Assembly: GCA_964510945.1 (NCBI GenBank)
Contig: CAZEED010000006.1
Location: forward strand, 1-54,510
DNA length: 54,510 bases
From: an uncultured Candidatus Saccharibacteria bacterium
GTDB lineage: Bacteria > Patescibacteriota > Saccharimonadia > Saccharimonadales > JAGQNJ01
Direction of reading: 5' to 3'
The notes beneath the pieces were generated by a model that saw nothing but the letters and a program-made list of their open reading frames with translations, was not told the DNA's origin and ran no database searches. Of the stretch, positions 26,394-35,427 are shown one piece after another (within the stretch, counting starts at the first letter, position 1; every line of letters starts with the position of its first letter). Position numbers and translations under genes: made by a program.

Positions 26394-26954
26394 CTATTGT
26401 TTCTTAGAGTTCTTTTCAGCAGACCTCTTATATTCAGCATCTAGAACTTTGGATAGGTTGGGGTTATCTTTGCGAAGAATCATAAACGGGCCTTTAGGTA
26501 TGGGACGTGCTTTGATCTCACCGTTTCTTATGAGTTTACGAATCGTTTGCGTATGTAAGCCAGACTTCCACGAAAGGTCAGAATCAGTGATACATTTTTT
26601 GTGATCCCAATCCCCACATAGTGAACCCGGGATCTTCTTTTTATTGACCGCACCCTGACAATTCATGCACTTAAAGCCCCATTTGTCATACCAACCATCG
26701 CCTTCGTATACGCCGCGCCCACAAAGAGAGCAGTTGCGGCCTTTGCCCTCAAGGACGAATCCCTTTGGTTCAGTCTCCAATCGTTTCTTCAAGGCTTTTT
26801 GAGCCATATCCATTTCGATCAGTAAGTCCACAAAACTGACAAGATTATGCATGGACTCACGATATTCGGCCTCGGTTTCATACTTAATACCTTTGTCGTC
26901 GCATAGTTTCTTGAACTCGGTCATTTCTTTTTCGGATATGTCATGACTTCGCAT
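26394..26954 (-). CDS. hypothetical zinc-ribbon protein with C-terminal HTH-like segment
   Basis: 186 aa. CSLCGRG...CMNCQG. The N-terminal LVSFVDLLIEMD motif is shared with ORF 7047-7235. Confidence 0.4.
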   Translation of the reverse strand: MRSHDISEKEMTEFKKLCDDKGIKYETEAEYRESMHNLVSFVDLLIEMDMAQKALKKRLETEPKGFVLEGKGRNCSLCGRGVYEGDGWYDKWGFKCMNCQGAVNKKKIPGSLCGDWDHKKCITDSDLSWKSGLHTQTIRKLIRNGEIKARPIPKGPFMILRKDNPNLSKVLDAEYKRSAEKNSKKQ

Positions 26955-27005
26955 CCTCTTGGTCCTTTCGCTTCTTATCAGACAAAGTGTATATTAACAG
27001 TTCAC

Positions 27006-27034
27006 TTGCTAATAAGATTATTTTATGCTATAAA
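27006..27034 (+). promoter_or_regulatory. candidate sigma70-type promoter of the ten-gene operon
   Basis: TTGCTA (27006-27011), a 17-nt spacer and TATAAA (27029-27034), about 16 nt upstream of ATG 27051. Confidence 0.35.
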
Positions 27035-27050
27035 GATTAAAAGGAACTAA

Positions 27051-28316
27051 ATGTCACGTAGCCAAGAGACCCCGCCGGTTATTTCGGAAACTAACACCAA
27101 CAATCTAGTTGATGCTTACCGCTGCGCGAATGCTGACGTCTTGGCAGATCTTATTGTTGCTGAACATCCAGGATGGAATGAAAAAATTGACGACGTGTAC
27201 GTAGTATTGTGCGCATCTAGATCTGGATCTAGCCTCATCTTCAATGCCCTTGCCAGCACCGGAAAGGTAGCCGCGCCAGGTGGCGAACATGAGCCTTGGC
27301 TTACTTTGACGGAGAACAAATTTCCATTCTTGGATTCAGACGAATTAGTAGGGGAAATTAATAACAAAGACCTGCTTTTGAGCCTCGTCAGAAATGACCT
27401 ACTAGTAAGAGACCGTAAGCTGAACGCAAAAGATACACTTGACCCTCTTCGCAATCGGTTAGTAATACGTAGGCAAAGTGATCTTCCTGATTTTGGAAGA
27501 TTTATGACCAGCGTGCTAAACCGTGGGAATATACTCGGAACTGAGTGGGGTGAGGTTACTGAAGAAATTGGTCGTTTAGCGCTTAAGCCCATGCCAACTA
27601 AAACAGAACAATTCGGCAACCCAGAATTCAGTCTACCATTAGAGAACCCGCCACTTATTGAACAGCCACTGGCCCATCTAGCCACGGAAGATGAGCTGCA
27701 ACAACTACCACTGTTGTTTAAGTCCCCATCAGACGCATACCGTCCGGGATTTTATGAATCTCTGTTCCCTAATGCAAGGATTAACTACATCCATCTCTCA
27801 AGAGGATTTGTACAAACAACAAATGGACTGATGGATGGTTGGCAAATAGGCGAGACAGACTTTATATCTAACCCTGTGGGGGTTAAAAAACCCTTGGCAA
27901 TTGAGGACTACACTATTACAGAGATGTCAAGCATATACTGGTGTTTCGATCTTTTTAAGGGCTGGGAAGATTATACTGAAAGCAACTTGACTGAGGTGGC
28001 CGTTAATCAATGGCTCAGGGCGCACAAAAGCATCGTTGATAACTTCGAACCAATGGAAAGGCTAACATTTGAGCAATTCTACTCCAATCCACCCGAATTT
28101 TACGCCAGACTTTCACATCTCACAGGAATAGATACCACTGGCTACGATTGGGACAGATCTGTCATGAGCACCGAGACACCAAGCCAAAAAAGATGGCTTA
28201 AGCGTGCCAGTATGTTCCGAGATTTGAAAAGTTACCTGCCGGGAGCACTACTTGATGATGTGGTGCAGCTTCAAGACCATTTGGGCTACAGCATGGAGGA
28301 AGATACATGGCGTTAG
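27051..28316 (+). CDS. sulfotransferase-fold protein
   Basis: 421 aa. VVLCASRSGSSLIFNAL resembles the 5'-phosphosulfate-binding loop. KSPSDAYRPGFYESLFPNARINYIHLSRGFVQTTNG resembles the 3'-phosphate-binding segment of bacterial sulfotransferases. Confidence 0.65.
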   Translation: MSRSQETPPVISETNTNNLVDAYRCANADVLADLIVAEHPGWNEKIDDVYVVLCASRSGSSLIFNALASTGKVAAPGGEHEPWLTLTENKFPFLDSDELVGEINNKDLLLSLVRNDLLVRDRKLNAKDTLDPLRNRLVIRRQSDLPDFGRFMTSVLNRGNILGTEWGEVTEEIGRLALKPMPTKTEQFGNPEFSLPLENPPLIEQPLAHLATEDELQQLPLLFKSPSDAYRPGFYESLFPNARINYIHLSRGFVQTTNGLMDGWQIGETDFISNPVGVKKPLAIEDYTITEMSSIYWCFDLFKGWEDYTESNLTEVAVNQWLRAHKSIVDNFEPMERLTFEQFYSNPPEFYARLSHLTGIDTTGYDWDRSVMSTETPSQKRWLKRASMFRDLKSYLPGALLDDVVQLQDHLGYSMEEDTWR

Positions 28317-29164
28317 TAAACTATACAAATGAGTTCGGCATACTGATTAGAGTAGCACTCTACAAGCCTCGGCTTGATGAGATTTTTCAAGGTACACCTA
28401 ATGACGCCATGTACTCCTTAACACCAGAGGCAAAAAAAGTGATGTCTGAGGTAAGTAATGTGGCCGATGCATTTGCAGATTTAGGCGTGGAAGTTGTCTT
28501 GCTTGAAGACCCGGAACAATTGCACCCTCAAACCACTAACATGATTTTCCTGCGCGATGTTGCAGCGATAATAGATGACAAAATCATACTAGCAAATATG
28601 AAATATGACTTGAGGAAAGCCGAACCCCGCAAGTTCAAAAAATTACTCATGGACAAATGCAAAGTAAGTGAAGACGTTTTTGCTGAACTCGCTGATAATA
28701 TGACGATGGAAGGCGCAGATATCATTATTAGCAAGGAATCTGGGCTTCTTGTATACACAGGTTTTCGTACATCGACCGAAGCAATTGATGAGATTGCAAA
28801 CCAATTTCAATTCGATGTGAAGTCAATTTCAGCCAATATCCAAAAGGTACCACAACACTTACTTGGGGCGATGCATATCATTGGACCCGGTAAAATTGCA
28901 CGTCGTCCTAGGTATTGTAGTGCTGAAATTGATGGATTTGAATATATCGACTTCGATGAAACCGACGAAATAAAAAATAATTTTGCAATGAACATTGTGA
29001 CCATTGCTCCTAACGAAATTCTTATGCCATCTGATTGCCCCGAAACGAAAAATATTTTTGAGCAAAATGGGGTAAAATGTCACATTGTCGACATAAATGA
29101 AATACACAAAATGGGTGGCGGGCTAGCCTGTATGACTTTGCCTCTTGAAAGGGCTCAGCAATGA
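28307..29164 (+). CDS. amidinotransferase/DDAH/arginine-deiminase-fold (guanidino-group modifying) enzyme
   Basis: 285 aa. The C-terminal HKMGGGLACMTLPL carries the catalytic Cys signature of the superfamily. An internal MEGADII motif is also present. Confidence 0.7.
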   Translation: MALVNYTNEFGILIRVALYKPRLDEIFQGTPNDAMYSLTPEAKKVMSEVSNVADAFADLGVEVVLLEDPEQLHPQTTNMIFLRDVAAIIDDKIILANMKYDLRKAEPRKFKKLLMDKCKVSEDVFAELADNMTMEGADIIISKESGLLVYTGFRTSTEAIDEIANQFQFDVKSISANIQKVPQHLLGAMHIIGPGKIARRPRYCSAEIDGFEYIDFDETDEIKNNFAMNIVTIAPNEILMPSDCPETKNIFEQNGVKCHIVDINEIHKMGGGLACMTLPLERAQQ

Positions 29165-29925
29165 TACTAAAAAAATTATCCACAAAAACAGATTTCAGCC
29201 TTTGTGAAATTGGAGGCAAGGGCTATAACTTGCAAAAACTCATTGGCTGGGGCGTAAAGGTCCCCGAAACGCACATAATTCCTGCGGCCGAAATGCGAAT
29301 AATAAGCGATAAAGAAACCCCTTATAGTATTATATTCCCGAAGCAATTAAAGAAAAGTAATCTGAGGCTTGCAGTTCGGTCGTCAGGAATTGGTGAGGAC
29401 GGGAACGAAAATTCATTTGCGGGCATATTTGATACATTGCTTTATGTCAAGCCAGCAGAATTAAGTGAGGCAGTCCGCAAAGTTTACTCATCTAAAAACA
29501 CATCTGTTACCTCGATGTACAGCGACGCCAGAGGCGTTAAAGTTGTCGACATGGCAATTGTAGTACAGGAAATGATCGATGCCGATTTTGCAGGTGTGGC
29601 TTTTTCCGTAAACCCGATTGAGCAAGATCGAAGAGTGGGGCTTATAGAAATCGTTAGAGGCATAGGAGAAAGCCTCGTTTCGGGCAAAATCAAGCCGACT
29701 TCATTACGAATCAACCGCATTACTGGAATGCACAGAATACTGCAGGAAGGAACCGACGCGATAGAACAGAAACAACTCGAACAGATCATCACGCTAGTGA
29801 GCGAAGCATTGTGGCGCATAGACGATCTTTATGAAAAACCTGTCGACATCGAATGGGCGATAAAAAGTGGTGTGCTCTATCTACTGCAAGCTAGGCCAAT
29901 TACAACGCTAGGAGAATTGAAGTGA
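29161..29925 (+). CDS. PEP/pyruvate-binding (PPDK_N, ATP-grasp) domain protein; nucleotide-binding half of a split dikinase/phosphotransferase
   Basis: GGKGYNLQKL, AVRSSGIGEDGNENSFAG, MAIVVQEMIDADFAGVAFSVNP, GESLVSG and DIEWAIKSGVLYLLQARPIT match the PPDK_N signature blocks. Confidence 0.85.
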   Translation: MILKKLSTKTDFSLCEIGGKGYNLQKLIGWGVKVPETHIIPAAEMRIISDKETPYSIIFPKQLKKSNLRLAVRSSGIGEDGNENSFAGIFDTLLYVKPAELSEAVRKVYSSKNTSVTSMYSDARGVKVVDMAIVVQEMIDADFAGVAFSVNPIEQDRRVGLIEIVRGIGESLVSGKIKPTSLRINRITGMHRILQEGTDAIEQKQLEQIITLVSEALWRIDDLYEKPVDIEWAIKSGVLYLLQARPITTLGELK

Positions 29926-30497
29926 AGAATAGACTTATCGGTGTAACAGGAGTTACTGGAGTAGGTAAAGACTACCTGGTAACTGCGGCGAATGCAGATG
30001 CTAAGATAGGAACAAGGAACCTAGGAACATTAGTTGGTGAAGCACTCAAGATGGACCGAGATGCGATGATGCGAGCCGCCGAAGCCGACGAAATTCGCAC
30101 AGCACAACTAAAAGCATACTCAATTGTAGTCGCAGAACAACCCTTAGTTGTAACTTGCCATGCGATTCGTGAACTAGAACCAGGAAAGTTAGCCTATGAC
30201 GAAGAAATGGAAGATATGTTCAATCCGCAATCTTATGTTTTTGTAAAAGCACCGGCTGAACTGATAAAAGAACGAGTCCAAAAAAGAAACAACTCTGGTG
30301 AAAGAAAAAGTGTTGAATTTAGCGTGAACCAAATAGGTGAAGAGCAGGCCGCGAAATTAGAACTAACGCGTTCACTTGCAGACTATCTTTGTACTAGACT
30401 AATTGTTCTTGAAAATATTGACGAAGCATATGTCGGTAATGTTGCGATTCTCAGGAGTGAAATTAACATGGTCCTCGGTAATGGAGAAGAATTATGA
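29922..30497 (+). CDS. P-loop nucleotide/nucleoside-phosphate kinase-like protein
   Basis: 191 aa with a GTG start. Walker A-like GVTGVTGVGKDY. The size and layout are adenylate-kinase/APS-kinase-like. Confidence 0.55.
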   Translation: MKNRLIGVTGVTGVGKDYLVTAANADAKIGTRNLGTLVGEALKMDRDAMMRAAEADEIRTAQLKAYSIVVAEQPLVVTCHAIRELEPGKLAYDEEMEDMFNPQSYVFVKAPAELIKERVQKRNNSGERKSVEFSVNQIGEEQAAKLELTRSLADYLCTRLIVLENIDEAYVGNVAILRSEINMVLGNGEEL

Positions 30498-31228
30498 GAC
30501 GACAACCTAAAGTGATAACTATTTCTGCAGCAGGCAAAGGCGAACGGATGAAAGCCAGCATCGCCGAACTTGGGTTTCCTGAAGACACTCCCAAACCCTT
30601 GTTGCCTACCGGGAACAAGGAAACGCTCGTTGGCAGGATTACGCGCCAAGCTATGAAGATCGCCAATGTAGAGATCTATGCAAATTACGACACCATCAAA
30701 CCTATCGGCGAACATCCAGACACACCAAAAGATATCCAACTGCTGGTGAATCGAAATATATCCGGCCCTCTAGGACCGCTTTATCTAGACGTATTTAGAA
30801 GTGGTGACCAATCTATGATGGCAGCAGGAGATTTTTGGGCAGACTTCAAATGGTCTGATTTTCTTGCATTCCACGATACACAAAGTACACCGGTCTCAAT
30901 ATTAGTTGCCCCGAGTGTCCCAACGTACGAAGGTGCCCGGTTTAATGTTACCGACAATGGCATAGTTAAAAACTGGGAACGAGTAGAAAGAACAAGTAGT
31001 ACTGACCTTATAAATATCGGTGCATATATTGTTGACCCCGAAAAACTTGTTCTGCAGAAAATTCGAGAGATGACAACCCACAAAGAAGACCCGTTCAACG
31101 ATACGATGATCAACAGTGGCTTAATGTCTGCATATGTCCTTGATGAACCAGCATTCAATGTCAATAATGCCGAGATTTACAGAGCCATGGCCAGCTACTC
31201 TGCACATAAACCAAGGATTGAGCTGTAA
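30494..31228 (+). CDS. nucleotidyltransferase (NTP_transferase/MobA-like fold)
   Basis: 244 aa. The N-terminal ITISAAGKGERM matches the (L/I)xxAAGxGxRM signature of sugar-phosphate/phospho-substrate nucleotidyltransferases. Confidence 0.7.
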   Translation: MRRQPKVITISAAGKGERMKASIAELGFPEDTPKPLLPTGNKETLVGRITRQAMKIANVEIYANYDTIKPIGEHPDTPKDIQLLVNRNISGPLGPLYLDVFRSGDQSMMAAGDFWADFKWSDFLAFHDTQSTPVSILVAPSVPTYEGARFNVTDNGIVKNWERVERTSSTDLINIGAYIVDPEKLVLQKIREMTTHKEDPFNDTMINSGLMSAYVLDEPAFNVNNAEIYRAMASYSAHKPRIEL

Positions 31229-32703
31229 TGCTAAGCGCCGACACAATCTTTCCTCATGAAACTGAGCACTGGCGACGCATTAATATGCGCAAAGTTGCAC
31301 ATCTAGCAGGCGCCGAAAGCATACATAACCTCTATAATCGTCATTGGCCTAGGATAAATTCAATCAGGTTTAGACACACTCTCACGAACTACAAAGATGG
31401 CCGGGTTGAGTCCTTTGCACCCGTTAGTGAATGGCAATTCTTGCAGCACTGGCTTTCTAAGAAGTTTGTAATTTTAGACCCGGTTCTGATCAGAGAAATT
31501 GAAGCTATCTTAAACCCTACATACGACCTCATTGATGAGCTCATGGCTAGAATTGACGGCATTAACTTAAGCGAGCTATCCGACCAAGATCTAGCACTTA
31601 TATTTATCGACGTCATGGATTATCCAATGGGTGAAATATACAGACTAAACGTCGTACAGATAGAATACAGTCTAAACTATGCGTTACACTCAATCTTAGA
31701 AAAGTACGAATCCAGCCCAGAAGACAGAAACTTACTGCTTTCAAAATTGATTGCACCTGGAGAACTAACTGTTGCTCAAGAAGAAGAAGTTGAATTCTCT
31801 AAAATTATACGTAAGGCTCGCGGAATTGATGCTGCAAGCCCATACGACAACCAGGACATCCTGAAACTATTCTTGAAACATATTACTGTTTTTTCACCTA
31901 AGCACTGTGCATACGGAGAACTGCCTCCTTCTGAAGAAGATTATCTGAAGAAGTACCAAGACATGTTCACTAGTGGCAATAGCTTACTGTCTAACGCTCA
32001 AGCTATTAAAAATCTTGCAGAGCAGAGAGACGAGAGCGAGAGATTACTGTCAAAGATTAACGACCAAGGGCTCGCCCAATTATGTCGATTAATGGCACGT
32101 ATAGGAGTTTTTAGAGATAAAAACAAAGCAAAGCTCGGTGAGACTGTAGTGCGTAGATTGAAAATCATGGACGAAATTGCGTTAAGAACGGGCGTTCCGA
32201 GGAGTAACCTAGATTGGTATTTAATATCAGAGATCGTTACGCTTTTGGATACCGGCCAGCACCTCTCAAATTCCCATCTCAAGGCAAGACAAAAAGATGG
32301 CGTCAGATTTGAGAGATCAGAAGATGTAACATCTGGGGTAAGAGCCATCGAAAACAACGCTAGCAAAAACAGATCGAATATTAAGCACTTAAGCGGAATC
32401 TGTGCGTCAAGTGGCATTATTGAAGGCTCAGTAAAAGTCATATTCGATAAATCCGATAAGAAGAAAATGCGCACCGGAGACATTATGGTGGCCATAGGCA
32501 CAGATTTTGATCTGATCGAAATCATGAACCAGTCGGCAGGAATTATCACAGAAGAAGGTGGCTTGCTGTCACACGCCTCAGTTGTAAGTCGTGAGTTAAA
32601 TAAGCCCTGCTTGATCGGCGTAGAGGGCGCAACTTCAATCCTAAAAGATGGAGACAGAGTCACATTAGATGCAGTCAATGGTCATGTGGTGATAAAAAGA
32701 TGA
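31228..32703 (+). CDS. protein with C-terminal PEP-utilising mobile (phosphohistidine swivel) domain; second half of the split dikinase/phosphotransferase
   Basis: 491 aa. The C-terminal GIITEEGGLLSHASVVSRELNKPCLIGV matches the PEP-utilisers phosphohistidine signature. The N-terminal ~380 aa is unassigned and may bind substrate, by analogy with rifampin phosphotransferase. Confidence 0.8.
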   Translation: MLSADTIFPHETEHWRRINMRKVAHLAGAESIHNLYNRHWPRINSIRFRHTLTNYKDGRVESFAPVSEWQFLQHWLSKKFVILDPVLIREIEAILNPTYDLIDELMARIDGINLSELSDQDLALIFIDVMDYPMGEIYRLNVVQIEYSLNYALHSILEKYESSPEDRNLLLSKLIAPGELTVAQEEEVEFSKIIRKARGIDAASPYDNQDILKLFLKHITVFSPKHCAYGELPPSEEDYLKKYQDMFTSGNSLLSNAQAIKNLAEQRDESERLLSKINDQGLAQLCRLMARIGVFRDKNKAKLGETVVRRLKIMDEIALRTGVPRSNLDWYLISEIVTLLDTGQHLSNSHLKARQKDGVRFERSEDVTSGVRAIENNASKNRSNIKHLSGICASSGIIEGSVKVIFDKSDKKKMRTGDIMVAIGTDFDLIEIMNQSAGIITEEGGLLSHASVVSRELNKPCLIGVEGATSILKDGDRVTLDAVNGHVVIKR

Positions 32704-33212
32704 TTAGCATAGATCTATATCGAAGAGCTGTGATTCAAAATTATAGAGGTAAGACACTTATCAAAGATTTTGACAAGATTTTTAATGCTCAAAATAGTGA
32801 CAACGAAGTGAGTTGTTTTTATATAGACAGAAAACAGACCGGACTACTGTTCTTGCTGAGTGAAGACGACTATTACGTGACTAAAATATCTAAGTCCTCG
32901 GTTACAGCCGATAAATCCGGCAGGATAAAACCTATTATCTGTGATCTTTGCTATACACGAATGCCCGGATCTAAAATTGCTAAAGTCACCGCAGTAAGAA
33001 AGACCGATTCACATAGTTTTACGTGGTTAATATGTAACAATCTTGATTGCAGTCTGCATTCAAGAGAGAAAACTACTGAGTCAGAGGATTCAAAGAAGAT
33101 TTTGGGAGAAAATATCACTATAGACCGGAGGATTAGACGTCTCGAAAAACACATCAAGAATATTGTTAGCACGCTGCAACTACAACCCTTAAATGGAGGT
33201 TCGCATGAGTAA
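32700..33212 (+). CDS. treble-clef zinc-finger protein (FBP/FusB C-terminal-domain-like)
   Basis: 170 aa. The ICDLCYT...(about 25 aa)...LICNNLDCS spacing resembles the FusB/FBP C-terminal zinc finger. Motif-level call only. Confidence 0.35.
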   Translation: MISIDLYRRAVIQNYRGKTLIKDFDKIFNAQNSDNEVSCFYIDRKQTGLLFLLSEDDYYVTKISKSSVTADKSGRIKPIICDLCYTRMPGSKIAKVTAVRKTDSHSFTWLICNNLDCSLHSREKTTESEDSKKILGENITIDRRIRRLEKHIKNIVSTLQLQPLNGGSHE

Positions 33213-34062
33213 TAATTATAACCAATTAACGAATCTAATCTCAACTGGCGAGGTTAATCTAGTTCATGTCGAATCAGTTCCACGCTCCGTTTCAACAGCC
33301 CTGGCACGATCCCTGAGCGAATCAGACACTCCCAGCATATACGTAAACGAGCCATTTAATAGAATGCGCCACGATATTGAAGATGCCTCAGGTCGAATCC
33401 TTGACGCTATGAAGGGGTCCGGTCGCGACACTGAAACGCCGCTAACGATTATTTCAAAAAATATGGCAAGGAACATTTCTCAATCAATATTTAATGAGCT
33501 AGTTGAGCTTTCGACTGGAATCGTCTGGTCGGTAAGAGATCCACGAATACAGATAAGTTCACTACTTACTCGGATTGCAAACGACTTAGCATATGAACCG
33601 GGCGCGGACATGTTTACAATGGATGAGCTCACAGATGAGCAGATTCAGGACGCTAGTAATTTTCTGGAAAATGGGCCAAAATCAACAAACTTTTCGAAGA
33701 CAAGCTGGGAATATATCGGTCGTCACTTCACGTCGTTGGGCAAATCCGCCGTTTCAATCGTTATTGATGGCTCAACATTGACAAAATACCCTGAACCCAC
33801 GCTAAAAACTGCCGCAGGAATTTTGGGGTTGGAATATTCTGACCGAATGATAAATGGATGGCAGGGAGAATTCATTAATGCCAACACCGGTTACAACCCG
33901 AACTTAACTGACGATACACACGCCTGGACAAAAGATGCAGTTATTAGCACTGGTATAAAGCCTTCATCCGATCGTATGATTGACATCGACAGAATGCCAT
34001 CTAGCCTACAGGCACATCTCACAGAAATAGCTATACCTACATATCAACGAATGGTGGGTTAA
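33205..34062 (+). CDS. second sulfotransferase-fold-like protein
   Basis: VHVESVPRSVSTALARSL (PSB-loop-like) and WSVRDPRIQISSLLTR (3'-PB-like). The start is taken at ATG 33205, preceded by GGAGG; the ORF-track start is 33193. Confidence 0.5.
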   Translation: MSNNYNQLTNLISTGEVNLVHVESVPRSVSTALARSLSESDTPSIYVNEPFNRMRHDIEDASGRILDAMKGSGRDTETPLTIISKNMARNISQSIFNELVELSTGIVWSVRDPRIQISSLLTRIANDLAYEPGADMFTMDELTDEQIQDASNFLENGPKSTNFSKTSWEYIGRHFTSLGKSAVSIVIDGSTLTKYPEPTLKTAAGILGLEYSDRMINGWQGEFINANTGYNPNLTDDTHAWTKDAVISTGIKPSSDRMIDIDRMPSSLQAHLTEIAIPTYQRMVG

Positions 34063-34063
34063 T

Positions 34064-34678
34064 GTGGTTGAAGCGCTAATTTTTGACTACGGTGGAGTCG
34101 TCAGTGATGGCGGTCGCGATTTCGAACCTGCAATGAGACTCGCGAGCAACCTTGCAATTGGTCAAAGCTGTGCAATACAACTAATATCGGAACCATGGGA
34201 TCAACTATCGAAGGGATTTATCGATGTTGATGAGTTCTGGTCACAGATTGAGAATGCATTAGGCAGTGAAGTAGACGACACCCTCAGGGACATATGGAAC
34301 ACATTTGATAATTGTATGTATCCTCGTAAACAAATACAGGTAACGTTGATGAACCTCAAAACCTCTGGTTATATCCTTGGACTACTGTCTGATACTGTTC
34401 CGCCGACAGCACAGTCGATTAGACTTGGTGGCGGATATCATCCGTTTGATTTTACGATATTGTCGTGTGAGGTTGGCCTCAGAAAGCCAGATGAGAAAAT
34501 ATATAACGTTGCTCTTTCAAAAATACCAGATATAAGCCCCCACAATGTAGTCTATATCGACGATAATCCAAAAAATCTAGTCCCAGCCCGGAAACTTGGT
34601 ATGCAGACAATACTAGCAGGAAATTCCAAAGATCTGAGTATTGAGATTATTAACATAATGTCAAACAAAGCTGTTTAA
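34064..34678 (+). CDS. HAD-superfamily hydrolase/phosphatase
   Basis: Motif I LIFDYGGVV, motif II LLSDT and motif IV VYIDDNPKN. GTG start. Confidence 0.8.
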   Translation: MVEALIFDYGGVVSDGGRDFEPAMRLASNLAIGQSCAIQLISEPWDQLSKGFIDVDEFWSQIENALGSEVDDTLRDIWNTFDNCMYPRKQIQVTLMNLKTSGYILGLLSDTVPPTAQSIRLGGGYHPFDFTILSCEVGLRKPDEKIYNVALSKIPDISPHNVVYIDDNPKNLVPARKLGMQTILAGNSKDLSIEIINIMSNKAV

Positions 34679-34696
34679 ATCTGTTACAGTATTTAT

Positions 34697-35104
34697 ATGT
34701 CAGAATCAACTCAACTCTGCCCATTTTGCATCGAGAACAATTTGCTACGAGTCAGTGTGCTCTACCAAGATGACTTATGGTACATAACCGATATGGAAGA
34801 AGGTAGTATTAATAACGCCGTCATGGCAATCACCAAGCGACATATAGAGACACCATTCGAAATCAATGACCAAGAATGGAGGGAACTGCACAGCCTTTTA
34901 GACAGAATGAAAAAGCTAGTCGATCAAAAGGAACAACCGAAAGGGTACAATCTAGGTTGGAACATACATCAAACCGGCGGTCAAAACGTAGCACACGCCC
35001 ACTTACATTTGCTTGGTCGCTATGAAGACGAACCGCTTGCTGGTAAAGGCATTAGACACGCTTTTAAGCAGCTCGATAATTCAAGACCTAGCCAGCAGGG
35101 CTGA
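34697..35104 (+). CDS. HIT-family (histidine triad) nucleotide hydrolase/transferase
   Basis: 135 aa. NVAHAHLHLLGR is the histidine triad HxHxHxx. An N-terminal CPFC is also present. Confidence 0.85.
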   Translation: MSESTQLCPFCIENNLLRVSVLYQDDLWYITDMEEGSINNAVMAITKRHIETPFEINDQEWRELHSLLDRMKKLVDQKEQPKGYNLGWNIHQTGGQNVAHAHLHLLGRYEDEPLAGKGIRHAFKQLDNSRPSQQG

Positions 35105-35218
35105 GTTGATATTAGCAGGATGATTAACTTTTATTCGATATAGAGATAATTGGTGGGTATATTTGTTTTGTTTTAATTACCAGACCATCAAACACCTCCT
35201 TTATCCAATAAAAATGGA

Positions 35219-35312
35219 ACACTTCTGAATATGCGCGTTTGGTGTCTCATTTGTCCCATTTTCAGTACCATACCCCTGTTAAGGGTTCCGTGACCTGTAT
35301 GGGGAGCCAAGA
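35219..35312 (+). repeat. att-like direct repeat, copy B
   Basis: See copy A. It has the same orientation and the 28-bp perfect core at 35285-35312. It lies immediately downstream of the last operon gene. Confidence 0.7.
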
Positions 35313-35427
35313 GTATATATTTTACATAGGACCCAGTAAGCGTCCACGCTGCTGGATTTTTATACATGACTTTACTCACAGTCGCAGAGCCAAAGTGGTA
35401 TATACTGGAGTAGGAGTATGGTAAGTT

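Noticed and set aside
27116-27685. 189-aa minus-strand ORF antisense to the first sulfotransferase-like gene
   Set aside because: The Ser/Arg-rich shadow translation would break an otherwise perfectly coupled plus-strand operon.
31998-32678. 226-aa minus-strand ORF antisense to the PEP-mobile-domain gene
   Set aside because: The plus-strand frame carries the exact PEP-utilisers phosphohistidine signature. The antisense ORF has no motif and is Ser/Leu-rich.
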